Assembly: GCF_006345805.1 (NCBI RefSeq)
Contig: NC_043004.1
Location: 9,610,001-9,674,000 of the forward strand
DNA: 64,000 nucleotides
From: Octopus sinensis
Lineage: Eukaryota
Direction: 5' to 3'
A program made the translations under genes and the position numbers. Positions 14,211 through 27,292 of this stretch are shown here, in pieces; the first letter of the stretch is position 1; each line of letters begins with the position of its first letter. The notes beneath the pieces are model-generated. The model was not told the DNA's origin. It did no database searches and was given only the letters and a program-made list of their open reading frames with translations.

Positions 14211-15303
14211 GGAAACGTCTGAAACGCGCTACCTTTCTTGCGCTTATAAAGAAATATATAAAGACAGGTTCCAACACAATTTTATTAACCCATAAACAAT
14301 GCAACCATTTTAGGGCGTTTGTATTTACAGACATGCATACACACATGCACACACGCACATATACTCTCTCCTACGCATAAACACAGACATAGGTTGATAT
14401 GCAAATACGTATTTATTTATGTGTGCGTGAGTAGTTATAAATATGCACATAAATATATAAATTTTAAAGGTTATTTTTCATTACACACACACACCACACA
14501 CACACACACACACACACCACACACACACACTCATACACACACATACACACACATACACACACACACATAGTATATAAGTCTCGCGAAGCTGAATAAGCTG
14601 AAATTTCGAAGTCACTATCAACATTTTCTTGTAAAAGTGTAATAAAAATACACTTTATTAAAATGTATTGATGAATACTTCAGCTGAAGTTAATGTTTTT
14701 TAAATAATAAAACAATCACTAATACACACACACACACACACACACATATACATATATGTAATTCATTTTTTGGATTGGTGCAACTCGAAGCAGATAAAGC
14801 TATATGTAATATAGTGTAAGTATCCAGTTAAACTATTATAAATATTAGATAGGTAGAGTGTGAAATGCTGGTGTCGGACTCGAACTTGTATCATCTGTAA
14901 ACATGAATGAGGTTCTGCCACTGGATCAATGCAATAATTCGAATTACTTTCTCAATTTTAGACAGTTTATTCTTACTCACGAGAATTATATATTGATGAT
15001 GTCATAATGATTTATAAACTTCGAGAAAACATGAAATGATTTTCTTTTTTACTAATGAAACTCGAAGTTGATAAAACTATAAATAATATCGCGGAAATAT
15101 TGAGTTAAAATATCCCTTTCGATGGGAAAATTTGAAGGCCCCTGTGGGGCTTAATCCCACAATATCTTCTACAAGATCCGTGGTTATTAGTTTCGAATTG
15201 CATCAGAATTTGGGATCAGAATTTTGAATAAACTTGTAAGCAGTTCTATATTCCTTATGACTCTCCATATTTGATTATCAATATAATGACCCCATACATT
15301 TAT

Positions 15304-15340
<37 letters not shown>

Positions 15341-15405
15341 CGTACTTAAGTATTAGATAAATACATGTAGATATAATCTCACACACACATACGCATATAT
15401 ATACA

Positions 15406-15530
15406 AAATTTAGAGGATTGACCACTAAAAGTGGACAGCCTGTATGGATATATAGACGTCAAAATCGCCATTTGACGTCTATATCTAGCATACAGGCTGT
15501 CCACTTTTAGTGGTTAATCCTCTCAAATTT
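15406..15530. repeat. ~125 bp near-perfect inverted repeat (fold-back)
   Basis: agaggattgaccactaaaagtggacagcctgtatg..atagacgtcaaa / tttgacgtctat..catacaggctgtccacttttagtggttaatcctct with ~7 nt loop. Confidence 0.92.
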
Positions 15531-15879
15531 TTTTTAAATATGCTAGGCCATTGGTTTTAATTAATATCAATTTCTACCCTTATTTAATTTTATAAATATA
15601 CAATATAGAACATAATATATACATAATTATATATATATACACGTACATAATACATACATACATACACGCTCGCACACACGATCACAGACACAAAATTAAA
15701 CCAACGCACAAGTATATTATTGATGTTTGGAGAAGGTAAGAAAGCAACGAGAAAAGAAGACAGGAAAAAATGTCAAATTAAAATGGAAGTTTCGAATTCA
15801 CTGACAAAATGGCAAAGTCAATGAAATGAAGTGAAAGAAGGAGAGAGAAGGACAGAGAGAGAGAGAGAGGGGGAGATAA

Positions 15880-15917
<38 letters not shown>

Positions 15918-16368
15918 CCTGCAAGATAAAGATGGAGACATAAAATGCAGCAAAAAACATGAGTAAAAAGAGGGGATGTAGAAAAAAAACCTACGTGTAT
16001 ATAGTTATCAATACATACCTATGAGTGTGTGTGTGTGTGTGTGTATGTGTGTGTGTGTGTATGTGTTGTGTGTGTGTGTGTGTGTTATTTCAATGTAGAG
16101 TAATAAGTAAATATACATAGAGACAGACACACTATATGCACATATATGAATACATAAATGTTTACATGTATCAATATATACGTACGTACATACACTCATA
16201 CATATATAAGCACACGTACATACATACATACATACATACATACATACATGAATACATGCATACATTACATGTATGTGTGTTATGTATATATATTCATATA
16301 TATACTATATATATATATTATATATTTATTATGTATATATATATTATATTATGTATATAGTATATATA

Positions 16369-16443
<75 letters not shown>

Positions 16444-16967
16444 CCGAAAATAAACTGACAAACATATGTATGCATATGCACGCGCACGGTATGTATGTAT
16501 GTATGTGCGTGCGTGATTATGCGTGTGAATGTGAGAGAAACACAGAGAAAAAGAGACAAAATCGAAAAAACAGAAAGAGAGAGGAAGAGAGAGAGGGAGG
16601 GAGAGAGAGAAATCTTGAAAGCTGCAAAATGGTATAGAGGAGAATTATACAAAAAAGTAAGAAAGAATGAGAGTAAGAGAGAGAGGGGGAGGAAGAGAGA
16701 GACTAACTGGAGAGTGTACGAGAGAATGATAGAAGTAGAGAGAGATACAGAAAAAGGAGAGAGAGAGAGAGACGTTAGCTGCTATAAAGGGAGATTATTA
16801 TGGCTGTCATGATAAACAGTTTTTAGCCTAAGGCTATAATCAGTTCTAATCAGATTCAGGCCTTCTAAGTGTCTATTATCGACTTGTTATGGCTGCTACG
16901 ATCTACGTTGTGCCCAGAGCGGCTGCATGACTGGCAAAGGTTTCTTCAGCAGCCATTCTGAGATGAT

Positions 16968-17010
<43 letters not shown>

Positions 17011-17244
17011 TATATATATATATATATAATATATGGAGAGAGATAGAGAGAGGGGGGAGAGGGGGGAGATAGATAGATAGATAGATAAACAGTTAGATAG
17101 ATGTACATTTATATACTGATATATATACATTTGCAAACTATTGCATATATATATTTTGTATATACAAAATGAGTCAATCATTTGTATAATATATACAGAC
17201 GCTCACAATCACATATATATATATATATATACATATATACATAC

Positions 17245-17279
<35 letters not shown>

Positions 17280-17425
17280 GCATATATATATATGTGCGTG
17301 TGTGTGTATACGTACACACTACACACACACGCATATATATATATATATAAACATATATATACACACACATATTTTTATGTATGTATATGCGTGCATACTA
17401 TCGTTTATATATGTTTGTGGTGTAC

Positions 17426-17499
<74 letters not shown>

Positions 17500-17952
17500 G
17501 TGCATGTGTGTGCCTGTGTATGTTCGCGCGCGTGACAGTTTAACCTCTTAACTGCTGCTCAGAAAACACACAAAAACACACAAAATACGTCGGTTGAGAA
17601 AAAGTGAAAAAGGCGAACAGTAAAAGACTGGATGCAATAACATCTTGAAGCATCCTCTGGTTAATTATGCATTTATTCTGGCCCTTTTAGTATTCTGAGC
17701 GGCAGTATCATCATCGTCATCGTCATCATTACCATCGATATGGCTGTCACCGTCGACGTCAACGTCTCCATTTGCAGCAGCAGCAGCCAACTTCATGTTG
17801 GCCGTTGTGGCGATGGTAACATTTTTCACTGTTCTCTATTATCTTCCTTCCAGTGTTTGTGCTCATGCCGCTTTAATTTTGGTGGTGTTGGTAGTAGTAG
17901 TAGTAGTAGTAGTAGCAGTAGTAGTAGTGGGAGGAGGAGCCGCAGCAGCAGG

Positions 17953-17984
<32 letters not shown>

Positions 17985-18159
17985 GGAAGCGACGGCGGTG
18001 GCGACAAGGTTGAAGTTATTGTTTCGAGGGTTAACAACCTTGAGTAAAGTTTTTTCCGCGAAACACATTGTTTCTCTCTCATTGTCTTCTTGCTTAACAT
18101 ATCCTGCTATTGTGGGACTGTATGTGTGTACTTCTGTGTGTGTGTGCGTGATAGATACT

Positions 18160-18213
<54 letters not shown>

Positions 18214-18238
18214 TAGATAGATAGATAGATAGATAGAT

Positions 18239-21085
18239 AACTTTTTATTGTGGCCATACAGGACTAAACACAGAAAAAATGGACGAAATACAATGTAGAG
18301 ATTTTTCTTTTCGAGAAGGGATGGGTGGAACACACAAAGAAAAAAATGTTCGATCAATAGGGATCTGTGGGTTATGTAGTGTATAAAAAGTAATATATTT
18401 AGTTCACAGTTTAGGTGTAGCCTTGGAAAGAAAAACCTACAAAAAAGACCAAGGTCACCTCAGACAGTTCGAAATGTACACAAGAGTAAGTCACCTTACC
18501 TCTCGTTGTCTCTTTTGGCTACAGATTTACGCTTAAAATGGTGTCGTTTTTCATACTGACCATTTTTGCCACTTTTACCCACTTTTTATTGAAACATTCG
18601 TTCGACAAAGCCTTCCTCTCTATTCTCATCTTCCTTTTCAAGTGGTACTTGAAAAAGTTGACGAGAGACTCACCAGAAAGGAAGGTGTTTGTTTGTAGCC
18701 CTTTCAAACGCGTCCACCACACACATTCTTTCGCCATAGCCATCAATGTAACGAAAACCGTTTTCCCTTCCCGTTTAAAGGAAGGTGGTGGAACAATATT
18801 TACGTTAGACTCCGCCGATAAGCGGGCCCGTCCTACACGCGACAACAGCTGTTCGACGAAGGTCTACAGCTCTGAAATATCTGGACACTGCACGAGTGCG
18901 TGCAGAACGGTTTAGTCGTTCTGACCGCATTTCGGGCAGGTCGGTCCGATGGTGGTTTTCGAACCGTGCCTGTAGCTCTTCTCTCGAACAGGTAGTGCGT
19001 CGCGATAGCATTGCTAAGCCAGGGATCTCTGGAAGTTATCCATAGGCCCCGGCCCGAACGTCGTCCTGAAAAGGCGGGTTAGGAATTCCTCGTCGACGCC
19101 CAGGTTTGCCCCGAGTGTGTCGTCGGACCTCCCCTCCACTAGTCCTCTATAGAACGCTTTAGTCGTTTGTAAGTTGCACAAGTTTGATCTCGGACAGCAG
19201 AGCTGCTTTAGAGCTTGGCAACACTCTCGGTGCCAATCGCCCAGTTTCGGTCTCTTCTTGATCCACGTTTGCAGTTCGGTCAGTGAGACGAGCTGCGGGA
19301 AGGCGCGCCTCACAAACGGCGCCCACAAACCTGTTCACCGTCATCGATGAAGTTCCAGAGATGCCGCAGTTTCAGCGCATGCCTGCGCATCATCAACCAC
19401 GGCAGGCCCAGTCCTCCATTTAACGGATGTTGACAGCAAATGGACCGCCGCATCATCGGAACGCCACCCTTCCACAGAAAGCGGAAGAGTATGCGTTCCA
19501 GTTTGGTGATGGTAGCGTCGAGACAAGGCACGACGGTCAGGCGGTAATCGATGACGGATGCGATGTACGCGTTCGCCACCTCCGCCCGACCTTTTAGAAA
19601 CAGCTTTATCTCGGCCCATGTTTGGCTGAGAGTGACCACTCTACTCGTGATCTCGTCCCAGTTCTTATCCATTTGGAGGTCCGGACTGAACCAGACCCCG
19701 AGCAATTTAACCGGTCCGTCCGTCCAGCGTCCCACTACTGAGCCGCAGTCGGACGGTATGGGCTTGCTTCTCCAGGTGCCGAGTAGCAAACCCACTGACT
19801 GTTCCGGGTTAATTTTCGCTCCCGTCACCGTTTCGTATTCTTTCAGTGTCTCGCCTATCATCTGGATGTGTTTTTCGCTCGACACTATGACGGTGACATC
19901 GTCCGCATATGCCGACACGCTCATCCCGCAACCCAGTTCCCGTGGGATGCCCCTCAGTGTCGCCAGCTTCCGCAGTAGCGGCTCGAGGGTCAATACATAC
20001 AGAAGCGCCGACAGGGGACACCCCTAAAGGACCGAACGCGTGATGTCAAACGGTTTCGACAGGTGACCGTTCACCCGAATTACCGATCGGATGCCGCTAT
20101 ACAAGGCAGCGATCCAACCGCGGAAGACGGGTCCGAAGCAATCCGCCCTGAGGACGGCCGCCAAGTACCGATGGTCGACCCTATCGAAGGCTTTAGACTG
20201 ATCCAAATTGATCAGCGCCCCACCCATGCCAGGATCCTTAACTACCCTGTCCACAATGTAGCGCATCAGATGGAGATTGTCATGTATGGTTCTGCCCGGC
20301 ACGGCGCATGTTTGCACCCTGTCGACCAGTTTACCAATGACAAGCGCCGACCTCTCAGCTATTACTTTGGCCAAAATTTTCAAATCTGCGTTGAGCAGAG
20401 TGATGGGCCTGAAATTATCTATAAAATTCCCCTTGTTTGGGTCTTTCTTCAGCAACGTCACTGCACCTCGGCTCACGAAACCGGGGATTCTTCCGCTTTG
20501 TTGCCAGTTGCAGTAGACTGATGCTAAGAGGTCGCCAAACAAGTCTGGCATTTGACAATACAGCTCGTAGGGTAGACCATCCAATCCAGGCAACTTATCC
20601 CTCGCGCAGCCCGCCATCGCATCCCGCACGTCGGCGGCTGTGATGGGACTTTCACAGCACTCCGCTTCCCTTGCCGAGAGCCGCGGCAGGTCGGTCAGGT
20701 AGGTACTGAAATCCATCCCGCGTTCCGACCCACCACTCGCACCAAACAGTCGAGCAAAGTGCTGTTGAAAAGCCTCACACATCCTTTCGGGTTCGAGTAA
20801 ACTGCATCCCTGTTGATCTATTAGAGACCGAATGGTGGCTCTGTTGCCACGTTGCGCCTCCGCTACCCGGGCCTCTCACGCAGCTTCGATCCCTTCGTTC
20901 CTTAAGGCACGCATTTTAGCTCTGACGACGCAACCTTCGTATTTGGCGTTGAGGTGTTGGTCGAGGGCCATCCTCGCAGCCAGCACGTTGGTTGCGCTGC
21001 CAGTGGTAAGTGCCTCTTCTAGTTCTTAACCAAGTCTTCCTCTACTCTATTTCGATCTATCGCTAATTTCTTGCTAAACCCTGCC
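18239..21085 (-). mobile_element. Tx1/L1-clade LINE ORF2 (RT to C-terminus) plus 3' UTR, 5'-truncated, few disablements
   Basis: ORF 20024..20782 PGLDGLP, NFRPITLLNADLKILAK, LDQSKAFDRVDH; ORF 19310..19993 SAYADDVT, KLLGVWF; further fragments 19014..19328 and 18519..18845; 3' end aataaaaag abuts (GATA)n. Confidence 0.95.
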
Positions 21086-22047
21086 GTGCTGCCGGGCATG
21101 GAGGAGAAGGTGGTGATGCTGCAGGCCACCAGAACGCCCCAAAAGAAATGGAGAGGTCAAACCCTAGAAATGATGGTACAGGTCGCGGAGGAGGACCTAG
21201 AAAAGTGGTAGAAAACATCTTAGTGGGTGAAACGATTTTGAAAGTTAGAGTGGAGGGAAGAATTCCGCAGTGTTATAAATGTGGTTGAAGGGTCACATTA
21301 CAGCGGAATGCCCTCCACCACTGGAAAAGGCTGAAGAGAGTAAAAGAGTGGCAAGTGCTTCACAGCCCCTGGAGGAAGAAGTTAGTGAGTAGGAATCACT
21401 GAAGAAGACAGGCACCAGTGGCGAGAAGGAGGGAGAACTAAATACCAGTTGGGAAATGGTGGAGAAAAAGAGCAGAAAGAGAAGGAGAAAGTAACACACA
21501 GAAAAAATGACCCCCAACCCACACCCACCCGGCCCTCGCCCACACCCACTCTGTCCCAGTCACTTCCTGAAAACACCAACCCTCCACATGCCCAGTCTGA
21601 CAAAAAATAATTGCAAACATACAGGAAGCTCCAAGTTATCCACCCCCGCCCTGTAAGGAAAAATGTGTTTTGAAGTATAATGGACAAAATAAAGAATTGG
21701 TAAACGAGGTAAATTCGTGGGACGGAACAGTCAAGGTTGATATAGCAGGTGTAAGGGGTCTGCCTGAGAACGAATATTGAGTGCTGACGGACCTGTGGAA
21801 GCTGCATGAGTGTATGGAAAAATATGACTGCGAGTTGTGGTACGAAAACTAGACACCAGCATAATGTCGGAAAGAATAAGGTATGTAGACATTTTAAAGA
21901 AGTATAATATAGAGGAGGATTAATTGTAAAATGTAAATAATTGTATTTTAAAAATTGGTTGCAAATGGAAAACCAAATGCTGTTGCAAAAGGTTCAATGA
22001 AGTCGCCCGGGGGTGGGGGGCCGAGTGACTTCATTTCATCTTTCATT
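21086..22047 (+). mobile_element. ORF1/gag-like zinc-knuckle pseudogene ending in a hairpin (possible ORF1-only non-autonomous LINE)
   Basis: ETILKVRVEGRIPQCYKCG/KGHITAECP (CX2CX4HX4C across a frameshift at ~21285); hairpin aatgaagtcgcccgg..ccgagtgacttcatt 21996-22035 followed by ttcatc/ttcatt repeats. Confidence 0.7.
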
Positions 22048-22134
22048 GCGTAATTTCATTCATTTTGATTTTTGTCCCCACCTTGTACTGTCTCCTCTGT
22101 GTAAGGCCTTTGTGGCCAATTTCATGAAATAAAG

Positions 22135-22265
22135 GAGCTTGATTCCCAACCATATGATTCTGGATTCATTCCCATTGCGTGGTAACTCCGGCAAGTGTCT
22201 TCTATTACTCTCTCGGGCCAACTGAAGCCTTGTCAGGGGATTTTGTAGGCAGAATCCCGTCACAC
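22135..22265 (+). mobile_element. SINE family C, 5' half
   Basis: gcttgattcccaaccatatgattctggattcattcccattgcgtgg..ggcaagtgtcttctatta. Confidence 0.75.
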
Positions 22266-22545
22266 ACACACACATATAAATGAATAATAAAACGAATGGT
22301 TTACCCCTGGTAGCTTCGTATATTCCGTCTTCCGTCTTTTATTTGCCATATATATATATGTGGCGAATATAATTTTATTTAATTTATATTAAAATTTTTT
22401 TATGTATTGGATTAAGTCTTTCTTTCTTTGATTTGCAAAATAGTGGTTTTGTCTCTAATTAATATTATATAATATTTTACTATAAAATTGGATTTAATCC
22501 TAAATCTGATTTTCCCTGTAAATTTGGATTTATTACCTAATATTT

Positions 22546-22644
<99 letters not shown>

Positions 22645-23035
22645 TAAATTTAAGCTGTTGGACTCGTAAAATTCTTATTCAACCCATTTAATTCCTGATA
22701 TAACTTCTATTCTGTGTATGTCGGATCTTTTTATATGTAAACACATTTTGTACATTTTTGTATTAAATGTATTCATTATTTTTTGTATATCGACTTGCTT
22801 AACTTGCTTAAATGTACTCCTCTACCTTCTCAAGTTTAAACTTCATGAGCTCAACGAAGTGTATTCTATAAGGACAATATCTGTCTCTCATCTCTATCAG
22901 CAATTACCTCCCTTAACCCGAGTAATAACTATCAGTAATTACTTCCCCTTAGATTCTTCTACTTGATTCATTCACAAACCGCCATATACGAACATGGACT
23001 AATACCTTAAGAAAATAATAATTACAATAATTTCA

Positions 23036-23070
23036 ATGTCTTGATTAGCGAAAGCGAAACCGGTCGACAA
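23036..23070 (+). ncRNA. Degenerate minimal hammerhead motif at end of probable Penelope pseudo-LTR (~22640-23080)
   Basis: tgtc-ttgatta-gc-gaaa-gc-gaaac-cg-gtc-gaca: helix I tgtc/gaca, helix II gc/gc with GAAA loop, palindrome accggt; two core substitutions versus CTGATGA. Confidence 0.6.
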
Positions 23071-23089
23071 CCACAAATGTATATAATTA

Positions 23090-23275
23090 TGTGTGTATGT
23101 CTTTGTGTCTGTGCTTTCCCTCTCATCTCACCCTTGACAACCGGTGTTGGTATGTTTACGTCCCCATAACTTAATGGTTCTGCAAACCGACCTATAGAAT
23201 AAGTGCTAGGCTTAAAAAATAAGACCTAGGTCGAAATGTTCGGCTAAAACCTGCAGACTAATGGCTGAAACAAGT
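23090..23275 (+). mobile_element. SINE family C, 3' half
   Basis: cttgacaaccggtgttggtatgtttacgtccccataacttaatggttc..atagaataagt..gctgaaacaagt. Confidence 0.75.
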
Positions 23276-23491
23276 GTTTATGTGTTTGTAGACAATGGTG
23301 TTTTCTTTTATATGGTTAAATGTTTGAGGGCTGGTATTATATGTAAAGTCGTTGACCTAGAATTAATGCTTGTTCTATAACCAATGCTTCTTCATCGTCG
23401 TCTCATATTTGAGCACTTCTTTTGCAGTCCTATAAACCCTTTTGTTTCTGTAAGAGACAAATATTATTCTTGTTGAGTGTGTATATATGTG

Positions 23492-23775
23492 TGCAATGGC
23501 CTAGTGGTTAGGGCAGCGGACTCGCGGTCGCAGGATCGCGGTTTCGATTCCCAGAGTGTTTATTGAACGAAAACGCCTAAAAGCCCCACGAGGCTCCGGC
23601 AGGGTGTGGTGATCCCTGCTGTACTCTTTCACCACTCTTTCTCCCACTCTTTCTTCTGTTGGCCTGCTCGCTTAGCCAGCAGGGTGGCGTCATTCGAAGG
23701 CTAAAACAATGCGAACGCATTGTGACCAGCGATGTGTAACAACATCTGATGGTCTGGTCGGTCACGTGATCACGA
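23492..23775 (+). mobile_element. tRNA-Arg-like SINE family B, tail type 1 (octopus OR-type)
   Basis: gcaatggcctagtggttagggcagcggactcgcggtcgcaggatcgcggtttcgattccc with A/B boxes and TCG anticodon-like loop; same tail as 48886 and 56345 copies. Confidence 0.88.
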
Positions 23776-23789
23776 TATATATATATATA

Positions 23790-25140
23790 TTTATATATAT
23801 ATTAAGAAGTCTATGAAAGTTACTTAATACAGTTTTGAGATGTAAAGATGATTATTTTTTTAAAGAAATGTTATGAAATCTTTTAACAGGATGTTACTAA
23901 CCTTTTTTGAGAAGATTTTATATATAATGTTATCACTTTCGTTTAACCTTTTCCGAACACACGAAGAGGCTGTTATTTTTGTGGTATCGGTAGTATTATT
24001 TCCGGTTTATTTTCAGACTTATGGTTTTGGTCATAAATATTCTTTTACCATTGTTTATTATATGGGATGTTCGCTATTTTCGGTTTAATTTCGGATTTAG
24101 AATTCTTATAAAGTATTCTTCTTTTGCCTTTCGTAGTTGTACATTTTCATCGTTTATTTTATAAAATGGGAATATTTTAAATTTAGTATTTTCACAGATA
24201 TCTAGATATTCACTGCATGGGACATTCCTAAGAGATGAATCCCGGATTTGTTGTTTATGCATATTTACACGACTGGTCAGTGTCCTTCCTGTCTCTCCAA
24301 TGTAGTTTTCATTGCATTGTGGGAATGTGATGAGGTTTTTTTTGTTTTTCAGTTCACGTTTGCATTTACTTTTATTCCTTCCAATTCCTGAGTCTTTCGA
24401 TTGTCCCTTGCTTTGTTAATTCGCTTATCCCACAACGGGTGTCTCCGTAGTTGGTTACTTGCATCGTTTTTCAGGTATGAATCTCACCCTTGTCAGGAGA
24501 TTTATGGTGGTTAGGTGACTGTCTTCGACCAGTGATACTTTGAGATTTTTAAATTATTCGTTGGAGATTTGGTGATTGATGTAGAATTGGGAGGTATCGT
24601 TTGGCTGAGTGCAGGATGTTGTGGTTTCTAGGATTGTGGCTGACTACAAGCAGAATATTTGTATTTGTATTTTTATTTTCACACCTCGCTTGAGTGTTTC
24701 TCCGTAAGGTAGAAATCGGGATTTCCTTTCCTTTTGTTATGGCATGTTGAATTGACTTGGGTTATTTTTGTCTCTGAAGGAATATATTAAGTTCTGCCAG
24801 CCGTCTCTCTCGTCTAACAGTATCTGTGACTATTAAGCATATGCGTCTTGCCATATTAAATGGTAGGTTCCTTTCTGTATAGGAAATGTGCTAATATCTA
24901 AAATCTAAATATAGGTGTGTATCTGTGTTCTTGTAGCAGAGGTCAGTTGTGACTGTCTCATTTTCTTTAATTATCAAGAATGTCCAGAAAAGGGAGTTCC
25001 ATTTCATTCATTTCCGTGGGGAATTGGATTGAGGTATGAATGTTATTTGTTAATTTCAGAAATGTTGTAAGGTCCTCTTTACTTCGGTTCCAAAGTATAA
25101 AGCAGTCATCTAAGGATCTTTTCGCATTCATGCGAACGAT
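23790..25140 (-). mobile_element. Decayed Penelope-like element (RT C-terminal half + GIY-YIG)
   Basis: RSLDDCFILW (~25090-25120), QFPTEMNEMELPFLDIL (~24975-25030), PQCNENYIGETGRTLTSRVNMHKQQI (~24250-24325), ORF 24074..24262 RKAKEEYFIRILNPKLN. Confidence 0.88.
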
Positions 25141-25184
25141 GCAGTAATTTGCAACAAAATTTGAGGTATGCTGTGGATCTGTCT

Positions 25185-25810
25185 TTTATATCTTTTAATT
25201 GTTTCAGTCACTGAAATGCGGACATTCTGGGGCACCTTCCTGAATTGATTCAGTCGAACAAATCGATCCCAGTGCTTATGTATTTTTTCTTAAGTTCTGG
25301 TACTTATTCTATCGATCTATGTTGCAGATCCGCTAATTTACGAGGACGTAAACAAAGAAGGCCTGGTTTTCAAACGGTTGTAGGCAAACACAGACACATA
25401 CACACACACACACATATACGACAGGCTTTTACATAGTTTCCGCTTACCATATTTTCTTAAAGGCATTGGTCTGCGTGGATCTACGAATAATAGAAGACAG
25501 AAGATACTTGCTCAAGGTGCTACACGGTGGGACTGAGCCCGAAGCCAGCTTCTCATTTCTTCATTGCCCACAAGGGGCTAAACATAGAGGGGACAAACAA
25601 GGAGAGACAAAGGGATTAAGTCGATTATATCGACCCCAGTGCGTAACTGGTACTTAATTTATCAACCCCGAAAGGATGAAAAGCAAAGTCGGTCTCGGCG
25701 GAATTTGAACTCAGAACGTCACAGCAGGCGAAATACCGCTCAGCATTTCACCCGGCGTGCTAACGTTTCTGCCAGCTCACCGCCTTCTTACCATACAGTC
25801 ATGTCTGCAC
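25185..25810 (-). mobile_element. SINE family C copy interrupted by a SINE family A insertion at ~25554-25784
   Basis: Family C sequence stops at ccagcttct (~25553) and resumes at ttcttaccatacagtc (25785); insert is a complete family A copy. Confidence 0.85.
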
Positions 25811-26029
25811 CCAGAGGTAATCTACTCGGGAATATAATTTAGCTTTTTTTTTAATATATTTCTCTATCCACCTAAGATGTATCACAGTTGAAATACATTT
25901 ACAACTAAAAGTGATGAGCATAAAAAGATATTTCCCAGAAAATTAATTTTAAAATATACTCTTGTTTAATGGCTGCCACTCTTCAAATTATCGAACGTTT
26001 CAGACCGTTGTTCCTAAGTTAGTAATTAA

Positions 26030-27292
26030 TATTGCTTTCAAATTTTGGCAAAAATGACAGTAATTTTCGGGGAGGGATAATTTGATTACACCGACCAAGC
26101 TGTTCAACTGGTACCTATTTTATCGACACGAGAGGATGAACCGTACAGTCGACCTTAACAGAATTTGAACTCAGAACGTAAATACGGACGAAATTTCGTT
26201 AAGCGTTTTATCTGACGTGCTAACGATTCCGCCAGCTCACCGTCTTCATTCCTTCAACAATATTCTTTCCTACTCTAGGCACAAGGCCCTAAAATTTTGT
26301 GGGGAGGAGGCCAGTCGATTAAATCGACCCCGATACGCAACTGGTACATAATTCACCGACTCTCGATAGGATGAAACGCAAAGTCGACCTCGGCGGAGTT
26401 TGAACTCAGAACGTAACGGCAGGCGAAATACCGCTAAGCATTTCACCCGGTGTGCTAACGTTTCTTAATTTTTTATAATTAAAGATTCTTAATTTTTTAT
26501 AAATATTCTTTTCTTCTCTAAGCACAAGGCCCGAAATTTTGGTGAAGGGGATCAGTTGATTAGATCAACCCCAGTACGCAACTGGTACTTATTTTATCGA
26601 TCCCGAAATGACGAAAGGCAAAGTCGACCTCGGCGGAACTTGAACTCTGAACGTAAAGACAGACGAATACCTTTTTCTTTACTGCCCACCAGGGGCTACA
26701 CACAGAGGGGACAAACAAGGACAGGCAAACGGATTAAGTCGATTATATCGACCCCAGTACGTAACTGGTACTTAATTTATCGATCCCGAAAGGATGAAAG
26801 GCAAAGTCGACCTCGGCGGAATTTGAACTCAGAACGTAACGGCAGACGAAATGCTGCTAAGCATTTCAAATTTTGCCACAAGGCAGCCATTTTGAGGGAC
26901 GAGATGTGTTGATTACACCGACACCAGTGTTTCACTAGTACTTAATTTATCGACCACGAAAGGACGAAAGGCATAATTGACCCCGGCGGAATTTGAACCC
27001 AGGATGTAGCGGCGGACGAAATACTGCTCAGCATTTCGCCCGGCGAGCTAACGTTTCTTATTTCTTTATCGCCCACATAGGGGCTAAACACAGAGGGGAC
27101 AAACAAGGAGAGACAAACGGATTAAGTCGATTACATCGACCCCAGTGGGTAACTGGTACTTATTTAATTGACCTCCGAAAGAATGAAAGGCAAAGTTGAC
27201 CATGGCAGAATGTGAACTCAGAACGTAACGGCAGACGAAATACTGCTAAGCATTTCGCCCGGCGTGCTAACGTTTCTGCCAGTTCGCCGCCT
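26030..27292 (-). mobile_element. Head-to-tail array of about six SINE family A copies
   Basis: Repeated aactggtact..tttatcga..gaaaggcaaagtcgacctcggcggaatttgaactcagaacgta core at ~26105, 26340, 26580, 26762, 26935, 27150. Confidence 0.93.

Noticed and set aside
16888-16958. Possible minus-strand hammerhead (atggctg-ctgaaga..cgta-gcagccat)
   Set aside because: Helix I is good but the GAAA core is missing (agat) and the register is off by one.
26030-27292. CRISPR-like repeat array
   Set aside because: Units are ~200 bp SINE copies with no unique spacers; eukaryotic context, no cas genes.
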